DNA from: an uncultured Verrucomicrobiae bacterium
GTDB taxonomy: Bacteria > Chlamydiota > Chlamydiia > Chlamydiales > Rhabdochlamydiaceae
Length of the DNA: 64,000 nt
Direction of reading: 5' to 3'
Assembly (NCBI GenBank): GCA_963718565.1
Contig: OY970364.1
Span: 1,760,001 to 1,824,000, forward strand
Positions 1 to 9,401 of the stretch are shown one piece after another. Under the pieces are notes generated by a model that saw only the letters and a program-made list of their open reading frames with translations, did no database searches and was not told the origin of the DNA. Every line of letters starts with the position of its first letter. Within the stretch, counting starts at the first letter, position 1. The position numbers were made by a program, and so were the translations under genes.

Positions 1-1372
1 AAAAAAGACGGTTGAGGGCTTCTACAAGAGGAGCTGTAGAACGGTAATTCGTATCGAGATATTTCTTAGAGAGAGGTCCCATCGCCTTTGCGGCATCGAG
101 ATAAGTGTAGACATCTGCATTGCGAAAGGCATAGATCGACTGTTTGGGATCGCCGACTAAACAGATGGCCTCGAGCTGCTCGAGGAACAATTTTTGAAAA
201 ATGTTCCACTGGATGGGATCTGTGTCTTGAAATTCATCAATGATGGCAGCGCGATATTTGTGACGGACGCAGGCGATAAACGGATCAGACTCAGCAGCCT
301 TTTCTACTTTGAGTAAAAGATCATCGGGAGAAAATTTTTCTTTTTTCCCCAATAGCGCTTGGCTTTTTTCTTTGAGATCACGTGCAAGACGAAGAAAGAT
401 TGCAGAGGGATCTTTTGCCTTTTCGATAATCGGGAGCAATGTCTGCCGGAGGTTTTCGAGAAGGTCTGGGTAATGTAATGGGCCGGGAACCTTAGCTCGG
501 ACTTTAAGCTGTTCAGGCCCCATTTTGGCAAGAAAGAACTCTCCTTTCAATAATCTGTCGAACTGAGGAGGATCGCATGTCTTGGATCCGAGAATCTCTC
601 CGAGCATATCGATCTGTTTGCTCACTTGTTTTTCATCCATTTTCTTGAATGCTTGCCGTAAAAGATCGATATCGGATTTAAATCGTCCTTTTTCTATCCC
701 CTGAAAAGAACCTATTTCTTTGTTAAAGATTTCCAAAAGTTCGGCAAAATTTAGAATGGGGGCGATCTGTTTGCCATTGCTAGCCACTTCCACTAAGGCT
801 GAAACCAATTTCCGATGGTTTCCCCGATATCTGCCCAGCAAGATCTTGATTTGAGTCGCGCTAAAATAGGGAAGTGTCACCTCCTCTTTCAAATGATCTT
901 TGATCATCCTTTCTAAAAGGAGAAGATGCTCCTGTTCCTCCGGACTCGAAATTTCAAAGCCCACATCTGCTTCGAAGGCAAACTCATTTAAAATGCGATG
1001 GCAAAATCCATGCAGCGTATAGATTTGCGCAGAATCATAGTTGATCAGTGCGGCTTCAATCTTCTCGAGTGCCTCTTTAACGGCTTTTTCGCCCTGTTCC
1101 TCAATCGCTTTCAAATAGTCTATAGAGGGAGTGTTTTGGAGTTCTGCTTTGGCACGTAATAGATTAGAAAAGACTCTTTTCTTGAGTTCCCGCGTCGCCG
1201 CCCGGGTAAAGGTGACAATGAGAATTTGTTCGATAGAAAAAGAGGATTTTCCTTCGATAAGCAAACGCGTGACGATATGCTCTATTGCAAATGTTTTGCC
1301 CGTCCCTGCGGAGGCTTCTAAAAAATGACGATCGAAAACATTGAGATCGCGGCTGAGCACATCAAAAATCAT
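1..1372 (-). CDS. recB: Exodeoxyribonuclease V beta subunit RecB (5' part; runs off the window start)
   Basis: Not in the ORF track. Manual translation from ATG at 1372 gives MIFDVLSRDLNVFDRHFLEASAGTGKTF (Walker A), then IIDEFQDTDPIQW and VGDPKQSIYAFRNAD (UvrD/RecB motifs). Overlaps the recC stop. Confidence 0.95.
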   Translation of the reverse strand, partial: MIFDVLSRDLNVFDRHFLEASAGTGKTFAIEHIVTRLLIEGKSSFSIEQILIVTFTRAATRELKKRVFSNLLRAKAELQNTPSIDYLKAIEEQGEKAVKEALEKIEAALINYDSAQIYTLHGFCHRILNEFAFEADVGFEISSPEEQEHLLLLERMIKDHLKEEVTLPYFSATQIKILLGRYRGNHRKLVSALVEVASNGKQIAPILNFAELLEIFNKEIGSFQGIEKGRFKSDIDLLRQAFKKMDEKQVSKQIDMLGEILGSKTCDPPQFDRLLKGEFFLAKMGPEQLKVRAKVPGPLHYPDLLENLRQTLLPIIEKAKDPSAIFLRLARDLKEKSQALLGKKEKFSPDDLLLKVEKAAESDPFIACVRHKYRAAIIDEFQDTDPIQWNIFQKLFLEQLEAICLVGDPKQSIYAFRNADVYTYLDAAKAMGPLSKKYLDTNYRSTAPLVEALNRLF

Positions 1373-4300
1373 CTTTACCTATTGCTTTTAGCAAGGGTGC
1401 AAAATATCTTCGTAAAGGCTGGCTCCACAAAGAAAAAGTTTCTTTAGGGTCGAATAAACCTTGGCGGCGTTGCAAATAATCGAGATAGGGATCCTCATAG
1501 CTCAACTCTTTAGACATTACCTTGGAAAAATCTGCTTCCGTCTTTTGTAATAGAGCGCTTGCCCATTCGGGCATCAGCGGCGAGGGGGAAGTCTTGGCGG
1601 CAAGAAAATATTCAAGATAAGAACATAAAGATGCTTTCACATCCGGCACGGGAAGCTCGAGCTCTTCTCCATTTTTTGTGAGGAGGAGTTTCGGGTTTTC
1701 GGGATTCACATACAGATAAACAAGATAAAGCGGCCAGATTTTCACCAGATGTTTTAAGTCACTTTCTCCATGAAAAAGCAATCCTTTGGGAGTGAGATCA
1801 TCGAGCTTGCCCACAATGTAAGCCTTCTTAGAACTGCTCAAAGGAACGAGCAATGGGGGCACCATCGTCATCTCATTTCTTTCATCATCGCGGCAGTGCG
1901 CACAAAATCGGACAGAGCTGATTTCTTCAGGACGCACCCCAAAGAGATTTAAATGATGTAAGAGATCTCCGACCTCCTCCTCAAGTTCTTGGCAAGCAGC
2001 ATCCTGGAATAATCCACTAGGGAGCTTGCCCTCAGCTCGTGATTGGCGCAGGGCTTGCGGAACTGTTGTTCTTATCGCCTTTTTACGCAAAAGCGATTTG
2101 CGCAAAAATGAAACGAGGAACTCCTTTTCTTCTTCATCTTCCTCCTCTTTAAGATAAATCTTTAACATCTCATTAAAATAAAATTGCAAGGGATGGCGTG
2201 CTAATTTTTTAAGCTGACGGATATCGATGAATATCTCTTCCTCACAATCTGCAAGGGTATTCAAAGTCTTTAAATGAAGAAAGGGATCAGGCTCGACATG
2301 AGAAAAATAATGGGCTTTGGCGGCTAAAAAATCACTTTCCGACCATTTTTTTATTTTCCCCTCCGTTGAAAAATAGATCTGATCAAAAGGGAAAGCCGGA
2401 TGATCCAGATGCTGCAGCCCTAATGTGATTCCGCGCTTGCACACATATTGGTTCAGCTCTTCGATCAAAATCGAGAATCCTTGCGGTTTTCCATCATCAG
2501 GGTTAAGACGTTGATAACTGAAAATGAGGTAATCACGTGCTTTAATGAATAGATCAAGGAAAAGGGCGCGGTCCTCATCTGTTTCACTAGGGTAATAATC
2601 CTTTACTTTTAGCCTGCTCATTTCGCAAAGAGAGCGATGGGAATCCAATCGAGGAAAAATCCCTTCATCCATTCCTAAACACCACACAATCCTCGCCGTC
2701 CGAATATTTCCATGGCGCAAAGAGGTAAAAATGATTTTTTGCAATTGCGAAGAAGAAGTTTCACCCGAGGGGTTTTGAGCGAAATGAAAAAGGATGCGCT
2801 CAATACTTTCGAAGCTCCACACTTGAGATCCTAGAGTACGACACGATAGAGAAAGTGCCCGAAGCTGCTGAAAAAATATTTCCTTGTCCCATTCCAAATG
2901 AAAATATTTGTCTGCCAATTGCAAAAAAATATCCAACCATTCGCTTGCGCTTTTTTTTCCAGAGAGCGCACACAGGTCATTTTTCATGTTTTCAAACAAC
3001 TCGAGAAAACGGCTGAACAGATCGATTTCAGATTGGGGAATACAAGCAACCGGCCAAGAGGGGAGAACTTCTTCTTTCTCAGCTGGAATCAGCGTTAATC
3101 CACAAAGAAGTCGGTCGATGCCCTCTTCCCAACTATTCGCATGCGCTGTGAGTTTCTCTCGAATTTCAGCGTGCTTGAACCATGTGCACAATGGATGGAC
3201 TTCATCGAGAGCAAATCCCTGTTTTTCTATAAAGGGAATGCACTGCAATAACTTAGCCACCTCGGGAAAAGCAAACCGTTTCTCTTTAAGTTTGAGCAGT
3301 TGAAAAAAACCCTGAACAGCTGGTCGGGTGGAAGAAATAGGAATTCCTTGAATAGCAAAGGGCAAGGGACTTTCTGCAAAGATGATTTGAATGTAGGGAG
3401 CATAAAGAGTGATATCAGGACACACAATCAGAATTTCCCGTGGCTTGATGGGATCGCCTTTTTGCGCATGGGTTTGGAGCAAAGTTTCAAGAGCATCGCG
3501 CAAAATTTCCACTTCTCTTAAGCGAGAAGTCGCACTGTGCGTCTGAATCGAATCATCGAGTCTCAATGGTGCCATTTCATCCAAAGTCAACATCGATTTT
3601 TTTAGGTCGGCGAGTAAAGTTTTTTCTTGCGGCTCCTGATACACTTCTTCTTCGATAAGCTCAAAAGCATCTAAGGACTTGAGCATCTCTTTGCCGAGTT
3701 TTCCCCAATTGCCAAGAAGGGAGTGACCCTGTTGCATATAACGATCGATTTCTTCACGAAAAATCTCTTTAGCTCCTTTCTTCTTGAGAGTTCTACGAGT
3801 AAAGAGACGTTCTTTATCGGAGACTGTATCTTCCCAAAACAAGGCGCTAGGAGAAAGTTGATAAAGAGTCGCTTTGCAGGAAGAGAAAAAGGAAAGATGC
3901 ACTGGAGCGAGATAAGAAAAACCAAAGAGGGCGATCTTCCCAGACAATTGGGCCGTTGAAGCGGCTTTGAGGACACTTAAGGGATAAGTCCAGGGAGATG
4001 CGTCAGAGTAAATCTCATGCCATAAGGCTTGCTGCCATCCCTGATTTTTTTCATGGAGCCATTTTGGCAAAAAGGACGCTCCATAAAGCCCATAACGGGT
4101 ATAAAGTTTCGCAACCTGCTCACTGAGCGAAGAGATCCGCTTCTGCTGCTTTTCTTCATCACCTGTATCGAGATATCGGATCAAAGTTTCATCATTCCTT
4201 TTTTCTGAAAGAAAACAATAAAGTTTTTCTTCGATGGCAAGGGAGAGTTCCAAAAAAGATGGAATGCGTTTTTTGACTTGAGCACGATCTGTTAGCGCAG

Positions 4301-4589
4301 AACACTGGTCCAGGATCTCCATCATCGCCTGATGCAAAGGAAGGATCTTGACCCCAGCGGCTATTTTTAAACGCGGATGATCGACAAAACAACGAAGTAA
4401 AAATTCTTTAAGCGAAATATGGGGAACAACGATGAGACGCTTTTCAAAGGGATGCGTTTCTTTCGAAAAGAATTCTTCTCCTAAGTGGTGCGACAAAGAA
4501 TGCATATCGTTACTGAAAACGATGCGCAAGGGGAGTCCCAAGGCATCTTCTTGGAATAGGCTCAACTGGGCTTCAAGATTTCGTTGCAT
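1362..4589 (-). CDS. recC: Exodeoxyribonuclease V gamma subunit RecC
   Basis: 1075 aa; motifs HSLLGNWGKLG, SRLREVEILRDAL, ILIVCPDITLYAPYI, LGMDEGIFPR; directly upstream of recB. Confidence 0.92.
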   Translation of the reverse strand: MQRNLEAQLSLFQEDALGLPLRIVFSNDMHSLSHHLGEEFFSKETHPFEKRLIVVPHISLKEFLLRCFVDHPRLKIAAGVKILPLHQAMMEILDQCSALTDRAQVKKRIPSFLELSLAIEEKLYCFLSEKRNDETLIRYLDTGDEEKQQKRISSLSEQVAKLYTRYGLYGASFLPKWLHEKNQGWQQALWHEIYSDASPWTYPLSVLKAASTAQLSGKIALFGFSYLAPVHLSFFSSCKATLYQLSPSALFWEDTVSDKERLFTRRTLKKKGAKEIFREEIDRYMQQGHSLLGNWGKLGKEMLKSLDAFELIEEEVYQEPQEKTLLADLKKSMLTLDEMAPLRLDDSIQTHSATSRLREVEILRDALETLLQTHAQKGDPIKPREILIVCPDITLYAPYIQIIFAESPLPFAIQGIPISSTRPAVQGFFQLLKLKEKRFAFPEVAKLLQCIPFIEKQGFALDEVHPLCTWFKHAEIREKLTAHANSWEEGIDRLLCGLTLIPAEKEEVLPSWPVACIPQSEIDLFSRFLELFENMKNDLCALSGKKSASEWLDIFLQLADKYFHLEWDKEIFFQQLRALSLSCRTLGSQVWSFESIERILFHFAQNPSGETSSSQLQKIIFTSLRHGNIRTARIVWCLGMDEGIFPRLDSHRSLCEMSRLKVKDYYPSETDEDRALFLDLFIKARDYLIFSYQRLNPDDGKPQGFSILIEELNQYVCKRGITLGLQHLDHPAFPFDQIYFSTEGKIKKWSESDFLAAKAHYFSHVEPDPFLHLKTLNTLADCEEEIFIDIRQLKKLARHPLQFYFNEMLKIYLKEEEDEEEKEFLVSFLRKSLLRKKAIRTTVPQALRQSRAEGKLPSGLFQDAACQELEEEVGDLLHHLNLFGVRPEEISSVRFCAHCRDDERNEMTMVPPLLVPLSSSKKAYIVGKLDDLTPKGLLFHGESDLKHLVKIWPLYLVYLYVNPENPKLLLTKNGEELELPVPDVKASLCSYLEYFLAAKTSPSPLMPEWASALLQKTEADFSKVMSKELSYEDPYLDYLQRRQGLFDPKETFSLWSQPLRRYFAPLLKAIGKDDF

Positions 4590-4627
4590 TTTCGATCAAA
4601 ACTATGAAAAAAATATAAAAAATGACA

Positions 4628-4641
4628 TACTGCGCCCAGTA
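4628..4641. repeat. Collapsed footprint of palindromic family C (TACTGCGCC...CAGTA)
   Basis: tactgcgcccagta joins the two ends seen in the elements at 12383 and 43895, and is followed by TA. Confidence 0.5.
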
Positions 4642-4673
4642 TATCTTGTCGATTTTAAAAAGTGGAAAAGAAC

Positions 4674-6383
4674 ATGCGTTTCACGCCTTTGCTAAAAAGG
4701 GTTTACAATAAAATCCCCTCCTTTTCCAAGTCGGGCCGTCACTCCTTAGGCTTTCTCAATATCACTCAGTTTTTGGGAATCATCAACGACAATATTTTTA
4801 AATTTGTCATGGCCTTCCTGCTCATCGACACCTTAGGATTTTCGAAGGCGAGCAGCATCCTGTCGGCAACAGGAGCGATTTATGTGATCCCCTTCCTGCT
4901 GTTTTCTTCCTCAGCGGGGATTTTAGCAGATCGATTCAGCAAACAAAAGCTTCTTGTCGTCATGAAAGTCGCGGAAATGATTTTGATGGCGCTTGCCATT
5001 TTTGCTTTCGCTGGTAAAAGTATTTTTGGCTGTTATACCCTGCTTTTTTTATTATCGACGCACAGCGCAGCCTTCGGCCCCTCTAAATATGGCATCATCG
5101 CAGAGCTTGTTCCCAAAGATGCTGTATCAAAGGCAAATGGCTTGATCACTTCCTTTACTTACCTTGCGATGATCATTGGAACATTCTTAGCGTCATTTTT
5201 GACAGAAATGACTGGGCGTCATTTTACGTGGATCGCCATTTTCTGTCTGATAATCGCCATTGGAGGCTTTTTTAGTTCATTGGGGATAAAGCAAACTCTT
5301 GCTCAAAGGTCGGATAAAAAAATGAATCTCTTTTTTATCAGTGAAATCTATCAAACGCTGAAAGAGACTCGCCGTATCCCGCATCTTCTTCTAGCGATCT
5401 TTGGTTCGGCTTATTTTCTGATGATCGGGGCTTTTACTCAATTAAACATCATCCCCTTCGCGCTGCAATCATTAAACTTGAGCGAGGTTGCCGGAGGCTA
5501 TCTTTTTCTCGGCTGCGCTCTTGGAATTGCTTTGGGATCTTTTATTGCGGGAAGAATTTCGCGGAAAAGAATCGAATTGGGACTCTCTTGCTTAGCAGGG
5601 TTTGGAATCAGCCTATTCTTTATTTTAGTCTCGATTTTTTCCTGGAATCTCTATGCAGTCCTCCTCTGCCTACTGTTTATTGGAATCTTAGGGGGCGCTT
5701 TTATTGTGCCCTTGGACACCTTCATTCAACTCGGCAGCGATGGCGTCAAGCGGGGACAGACCATCGGAGCGGCCAATTTTTTAAGCTTTATGGGAGTGCT
5801 CCTGGCTTCTTTTGCCCTCTACTTTTTTAATCAGATTTGCGGGTTAACAGCTGCCGCCAGCTTTGCCGTGATGGGATTGACCACCTTCTGTTTTTCTATT
5901 TTTCTGTCCTTGCGTTTTTCAGGCCTCTTTTTTTCTTTTTTTTCGCGCATCATTCTCTATCCCTTGCTTGGCTTTAAGCGGCCCGAGGCCGAAGAGATCG
6001 AAAAAGCCTCGGAATCCATTCTTGTTCTTGAGAGCGCCACGTGGCGCAATGCTCTGTTATTAGGAGGGCTTTTTCCAACCATGCATCTGTTAATTCCTGC
6101 GGACAGTAAAAAATGGCGTTGGTACCTTCCCTTCTTTTTTTCCATTCATCGCGCACCCGAGGAAAAGAACATCGAAGAGATCATCTCTCAAGCAAAAAAA
6201 TTTCAGGAAGAGGGAATTGTCTCTTGTATCATGCTTAGCGGCACGCTATCAAAATCCCAGATGTCTACCTCAAGCCCTTTCCTTAAGTTTTTTAAACGCA
6301 GTTCTCAAGTCTCTTACGTGCGTTTTATCAAAGATCCGGCCACTAGGAAACTCATCGTACAGTATGAATTTCTTGTTCTTTAA
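4674..6383 (+). CDS. MFS transporter, LplT/YgeD-like, with degenerate soluble C-terminal domain (CT641-like)
   Basis: About 12 hydrophobic segments; TQFLGIINDNIFK, AGILADRFSK, FGPSKYGIIAELV; divergent from recC. Start ATG 4674 chosen over GTG 4662. Confidence 0.85.
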   Translation: MRFTPLLKRVYNKIPSFSKSGRHSLGFLNITQFLGIINDNIFKFVMAFLLIDTLGFSKASSILSATGAIYVIPFLLFSSSAGILADRFSKQKLLVVMKVAEMILMALAIFAFAGKSIFGCYTLLFLLSTHSAAFGPSKYGIIAELVPKDAVSKANGLITSFTYLAMIIGTFLASFLTEMTGRHFTWIAIFCLIIAIGGFFSSLGIKQTLAQRSDKKMNLFFISEIYQTLKETRRIPHLLLAIFGSAYFLMIGAFTQLNIIPFALQSLNLSEVAGGYLFLGCALGIALGSFIAGRISRKRIELGLSCLAGFGISLFFILVSIFSWNLYAVLLCLLFIGILGGAFIVPLDTFIQLGSDGVKRGQTIGAANFLSFMGVLLASFALYFFNQICGLTAAASFAVMGLTTFCFSIFLSLRFSGLFFSFFSRIILYPLLGFKRPEAEEIEKASESILVLESATWRNALLLGGLFPTMHLLIPADSKKWRWYLPFFFSIHRAPEEKNIEEIISQAKKFQEEGIVSCIMLSGTLSKSQMSTSSPFLKFFKRSSQVSYVRFIKDPATRKLIVQYEFLVL

Positions 6384-6384
6384 A

Positions 6385-6401
6385 GAGGGAATTGCAAAAC
6401 T
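6385..6401 (+). repeat. Family A terminal-repeat remnant
   Basis: gagggaattgcaaaact, identical to the family A left end, immediately after the MFS stop. Confidence 0.75.
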
Positions 6402-6407
6402 AACGCG

Positions 6408-6472
6408 AAAAGGACATTTTTTCGGGGTCTTATTTGCTAAAACCTGTTTCAGACCCGAAAAACCATCCTTTT
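6408..6472. terminator. Imperfect hairpin between convergent genes, possible bidirectional terminator
   Basis: aaaagga..ttttttcggggtc pairs with gacccgaaaaa..tcctttt. Confidence 0.3.
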
Positions 6473-6529
6473 TTGGACAAGATCCCGCTTCTAGAGTCGC
6501 AGCGATCAGGGCTTATTTGAATGATCCGC

Positions 6530-7801
6530 TCAAAAACCATAAATGAACTCTATTTCATATTGCTTATAACGGTGGAAAGGCCCAATGGCATCATCTAAAG
6601 TGACGGACTGTTGCCAGCTTTGTTGCATGTTGAGTTGATTTGTCAACAAATAGTCCAAGGTCATTTGAAAACCGCGATAATTGACATTTCCTCCTGCAGT
6701 TCCGCGTGTGGTTGGCCCTCCGCCTCCTTTGATGTTGTTGGTGTAAAATCCTCGATCTGCGGCATTCCCTAAGCCGATTCCTTGGACGTCAAAATCGGGA
6801 ACGCATTGCGCAGCTAATATCTGGTAGTTAATATCGAAGGCCCAATCTCCTTTTCTTCTCAACTCGCCAATGGAAAAGCCAATGTAGCCGCCCCAATTTG
6901 CGCGTTTATGATTTGTGAGTTTTATTTTATGCGCAGCGCTATTCCAGAGGCCTGCGAGATAGATCTGGACGATTTTTTTCAATCGGCTTGGCAAAAATTT
7001 ATAACCAAAAATCAGCTGGGAAACGACAAAATCAAAGCGTTGATTTTTAATCTTATTGTGAAAATCTTTGGTGTCCCAGTCGATCAATGAATACTTTGTA
7101 TAAAAACCGGTGCCGCCGACATTAAGAATACCGAATTCTCCTAAGTAGCCGAATTGATTTTTGTTTTCGTTAATCACAAAAACTCCAGCGTGCAGATAAA
7201 GATCTCCAATGGGGTCATAACTTTGATCATATTTAAACCAGATCCCATCGAAGAAGCTGTTAAATTCAAGCTTGGAATCAACGATTGTCGATATCCTTCT
7301 GCGGCCGAGCTCCGATTCAAAGGTGTATGTGTCGCCATCGATCACGCGGACACCCCAATAGGCGCGCTCTAGCTTCAATTTATTAAAAGTTCCACTATCG
7401 ATACCCGCATCGTTATCGAATTCGAGTTTGATCGAAGCCCAAGAAGCATCGCTACGATAGTCCAGCATCAGGTTGACTTCGACATCGAAACCATTGGTCG
7501 GGAAAGGATCGCCATCTGGTCTGAGTACAGCCCCACCCGTTCCTCTTTGTTTAATGCCGTCGAGAACCTCTGCCGTCGATTGAAACTCGGTGCGGACCTC
7601 ACCGCTGATGGAAAGGGCGCCGCCTAATTCACGGACGGTGACTTGTCGTTTTGTGTTGATCCATTCGCGCACAGCATTGACATCTTTTTGGTCGATATCA
7701 TGAGAACTGTCAATTGTCGATGCAGAAAGAGAAAGCGTAGAGGAGAGAAAGCATGTCGCGCATAAATAGAAAAATCGACGTAAATGTGGGTCTTGTTTCA
7801 T
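6530..7801 (-). CDS. Chlamydial outer-membrane beta-barrel protein (CT623 / 76-kDa C-terminal-like putative porin)
   Basis: Signal peptide, C-terminal Phe; motifs LSISGEVR, LDYRSDASW, GELRRKGDW, VPDFDVQGIGLGN, NYRGF resemble CT623 as recalled. Confidence 0.8.
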   Translation of the reverse strand: MKQDPHLRRFFYLCATCFLSSTLSLSASTIDSSHDIDQKDVNAVREWINTKRQVTVRELGGALSISGEVRTEFQSTAEVLDGIKQRGTGGAVLRPDGDPFPTNGFDVEVNLMLDYRSDASWASIKLEFDNDAGIDSGTFNKLKLERAYWGVRVIDGDTYTFESELGRRRISTIVDSKLEFNSFFDGIWFKYDQSYDPIGDLYLHAGVFVINENKNQFGYLGEFGILNVGGTGFYTKYSLIDWDTKDFHNKIKNQRFDFVVSQLIFGYKFLPSRLKKIVQIYLAGLWNSAAHKIKLTNHKRANWGGYIGFSIGELRRKGDWAFDINYQILAAQCVPDFDVQGIGLGNAADRGFYTNNIKGGGGPTTRGTAGGNVNYRGFQMTLDYLLTNQLNMQQSWQQSVTLDDAIGPFHRYKQYEIEFIYGF

Positions 7802-7914
7802 AAACTGGCTCCTAAAACTTATGACTGTCCTGCGCAGATTCTTAGCAAAAACATGTGGGGATCAAGAAGGTGATTCGACTGTTCTAATACAAGCTTGCAC
7901 AGTTCGTTTTCTTA

Positions 7915-8127
7915 TACCGAAACAACATGAAGAATCGGTTTTTGGCTGCGCTGGACATCCCAGCTTTTGATCCCGCCTGCATCGCACAACTTGTTCAAGT
8001 TGCGCCTGCTTCCCTTACAAAAGAGCAATCGTGCTCTTTTGCAAGTGTCCGCAGCAACGCCGCTTCGCTGGTTCAAACTCCGGGCGCCAGCTTTGCCAAA
8101 ATTTCGATTCTTCATATTGTTTCGGCA
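7915..8127. mobile_element. MITE-like palindromic element, family F (213 bp)
   Basis: About 32-bp imperfect TIR (taccgaaacaacatgaagaatcgg.. / ..cgattcttcatattgtttcggca), TA on both sides, nested internal hairpins. Confidence 0.8.
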
Positions 8128-8223
8128 TATAAAAATTGCAAAAACAACGTAGAGCTTTATAATAAGAACGCCATTTTATTGCAAACGAAAAGCCTTTTGC
8201 AATTCATAAAAAGTCTTGAAACC

Positions 8224-9030
8224 TCAAAATTTGAAATCAGCGCTTACAGATACGGCATTCTCATTGATGAAGCGGGCTTCCATGTTGACATTAAACCCTT
8301 TCTCAGGTGACAGACCGAATCCGAAGAAAATGCCGAAAGGATAAACCTCTTTAAAAACAACGTGATTGCGATGAAAAAGGAATTTCAGCGAATTCAGATG
8401 CTCGATTTTCGTCCGAAAATCGGAATAATCAAATCCCAAATAAGGAACAAACCAATCCCATCGATAAGAGACGCCAGCTCCAATCTGCCACTCTCGAAAC
8501 TTAGCTTCTGCATGCTTTTTCCCATAAGAATGATCATTGACCTTGACAGACGAGAAGGGAAGGTCGGATTGCAGATAGGCTGCATTGAGAGCAATTTGAA
8601 CATTTCCCCAGTAGGCTAAAATCGCCCGACCTCCAACGCCCCAGGCAAAATGCGTCTGAGTGTGGCAGGAAACTTTTGTCCCTTCAAACGGCCGCTGCGA
8701 AAACTCAAAGGACATCGCCCCTAAAGTTCCGAAGATTTCCGCTCGATCATTGAAATTGAATGTTAAGACACCTTGGTTGCTAAGAGATGTGTATTCTTGG
8801 ACTTTTCTTTTTTGGCCATCCACATGGCAATGGGCCATCTTCAGCCGGCGATCGTAAACATCGTCACATTGATAGCCAATTTTTATTCCAAACCAATCCT
8901 CCTGAGACATGAACAGCCCTTGTTCAGGCATCATGGGAAAGCTAGGGTTGCCGTTATATAAGGCAAATCCCTGGAAAGGCAACATTAAAAAAAAAGAAAG
9001 TCTTAGAGTGTGTTTGTGAAAATTTGTCAT
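8224..9030 (-). CDS. MOMP/OmpA-like chlamydial porin family protein
   Basis: ALYNGNP, GYQCDDVYDRRLK, NDRAEIFGTLGA, FAWGVGGRA, EWQIGAGVSYR, EARFINENAVSVSADFKF parallel MOMP conserved blocks. Likely start ATG 9030, which gives a signal peptide. Confidence 0.85.
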   Translation of the reverse strand: MTNFHKHTLRLSFFLMLPFQGFALYNGNPSFPMMPEQGLFMSQEDWFGIKIGYQCDDVYDRRLKMAHCHVDGQKRKVQEYTSLSNQGVLTFNFNDRAEIFGTLGAMSFEFSQRPFEGTKVSCHTQTHFAWGVGGRAILAYWGNVQIALNAAYLQSDLPFSSVKVNDHSYGKKHAEAKFREWQIGAGVSYRWDWFVPYLGFDYSDFRTKIEHLNSLKFLFHRNHVVFKEVYPFGIFFGFGLSPEKGFNVNMEARFINENAVSVSADFKF

Positions 9031-9253
9031 TTGATTTTTGATGCATTTTTTTGCAGTTTTTGAAATTATTCCGCAGGACATAGTTAACTTAACTAGGCCA
9101 AGGAATAATTTCATAAAATGCGGAAAAAGGCGCAAAAAGCAAAAACAAATTTTCACAAACACACTCTTGCTAAACGCATTGTGTTTAGTAACCTAGCAAA
9201 AGCGGTGATGAGTTTCTATGAAAAATTTAAATGCAGCGCCATGGACTCTCATA

Positions 9254-9287
9254 GTACGTCCTTAAAAACTCATGGCAAAAGTTGAAG
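9254..9287 (+). repeat. Family B element end fragment
   Basis: TA + gtacgtccttaaaaactcatggcaaaagttgaag; same as 47146 and the reverse complement of the 59337-59467 right end. Confidence 0.85.
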
Positions 9288-9363
9288 CAGATAACAGTCA
9301 ATAAGTCGCTAACCAACTTAAAGTAAGCAACTTAAAAATGGCATTAAAAGACCATTGAATGAA

Positions 9364-9401
9364 TAAGTAAGTCCGCTTAAATATTTAAGCGGACTTACTT
9401 A
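9364..9401. repeat. Perfect 38-bp palindrome containing the stop codon of the CT590-like gene (family H footprint / terminator)
   Basis: taagtaagtccgcttaaat|atttaagcggacttactta; the end taagtaagtccg recurs at 39518-39529. Confidence 0.75.

Noticed and set aside
7912..8310. Short ORFs over element F (likewise 12195-12631, 33009-33322, 43916-44209, 59221-59451)
   Set aside because: These are open frames within palindromic elements, with no recognisable domain.
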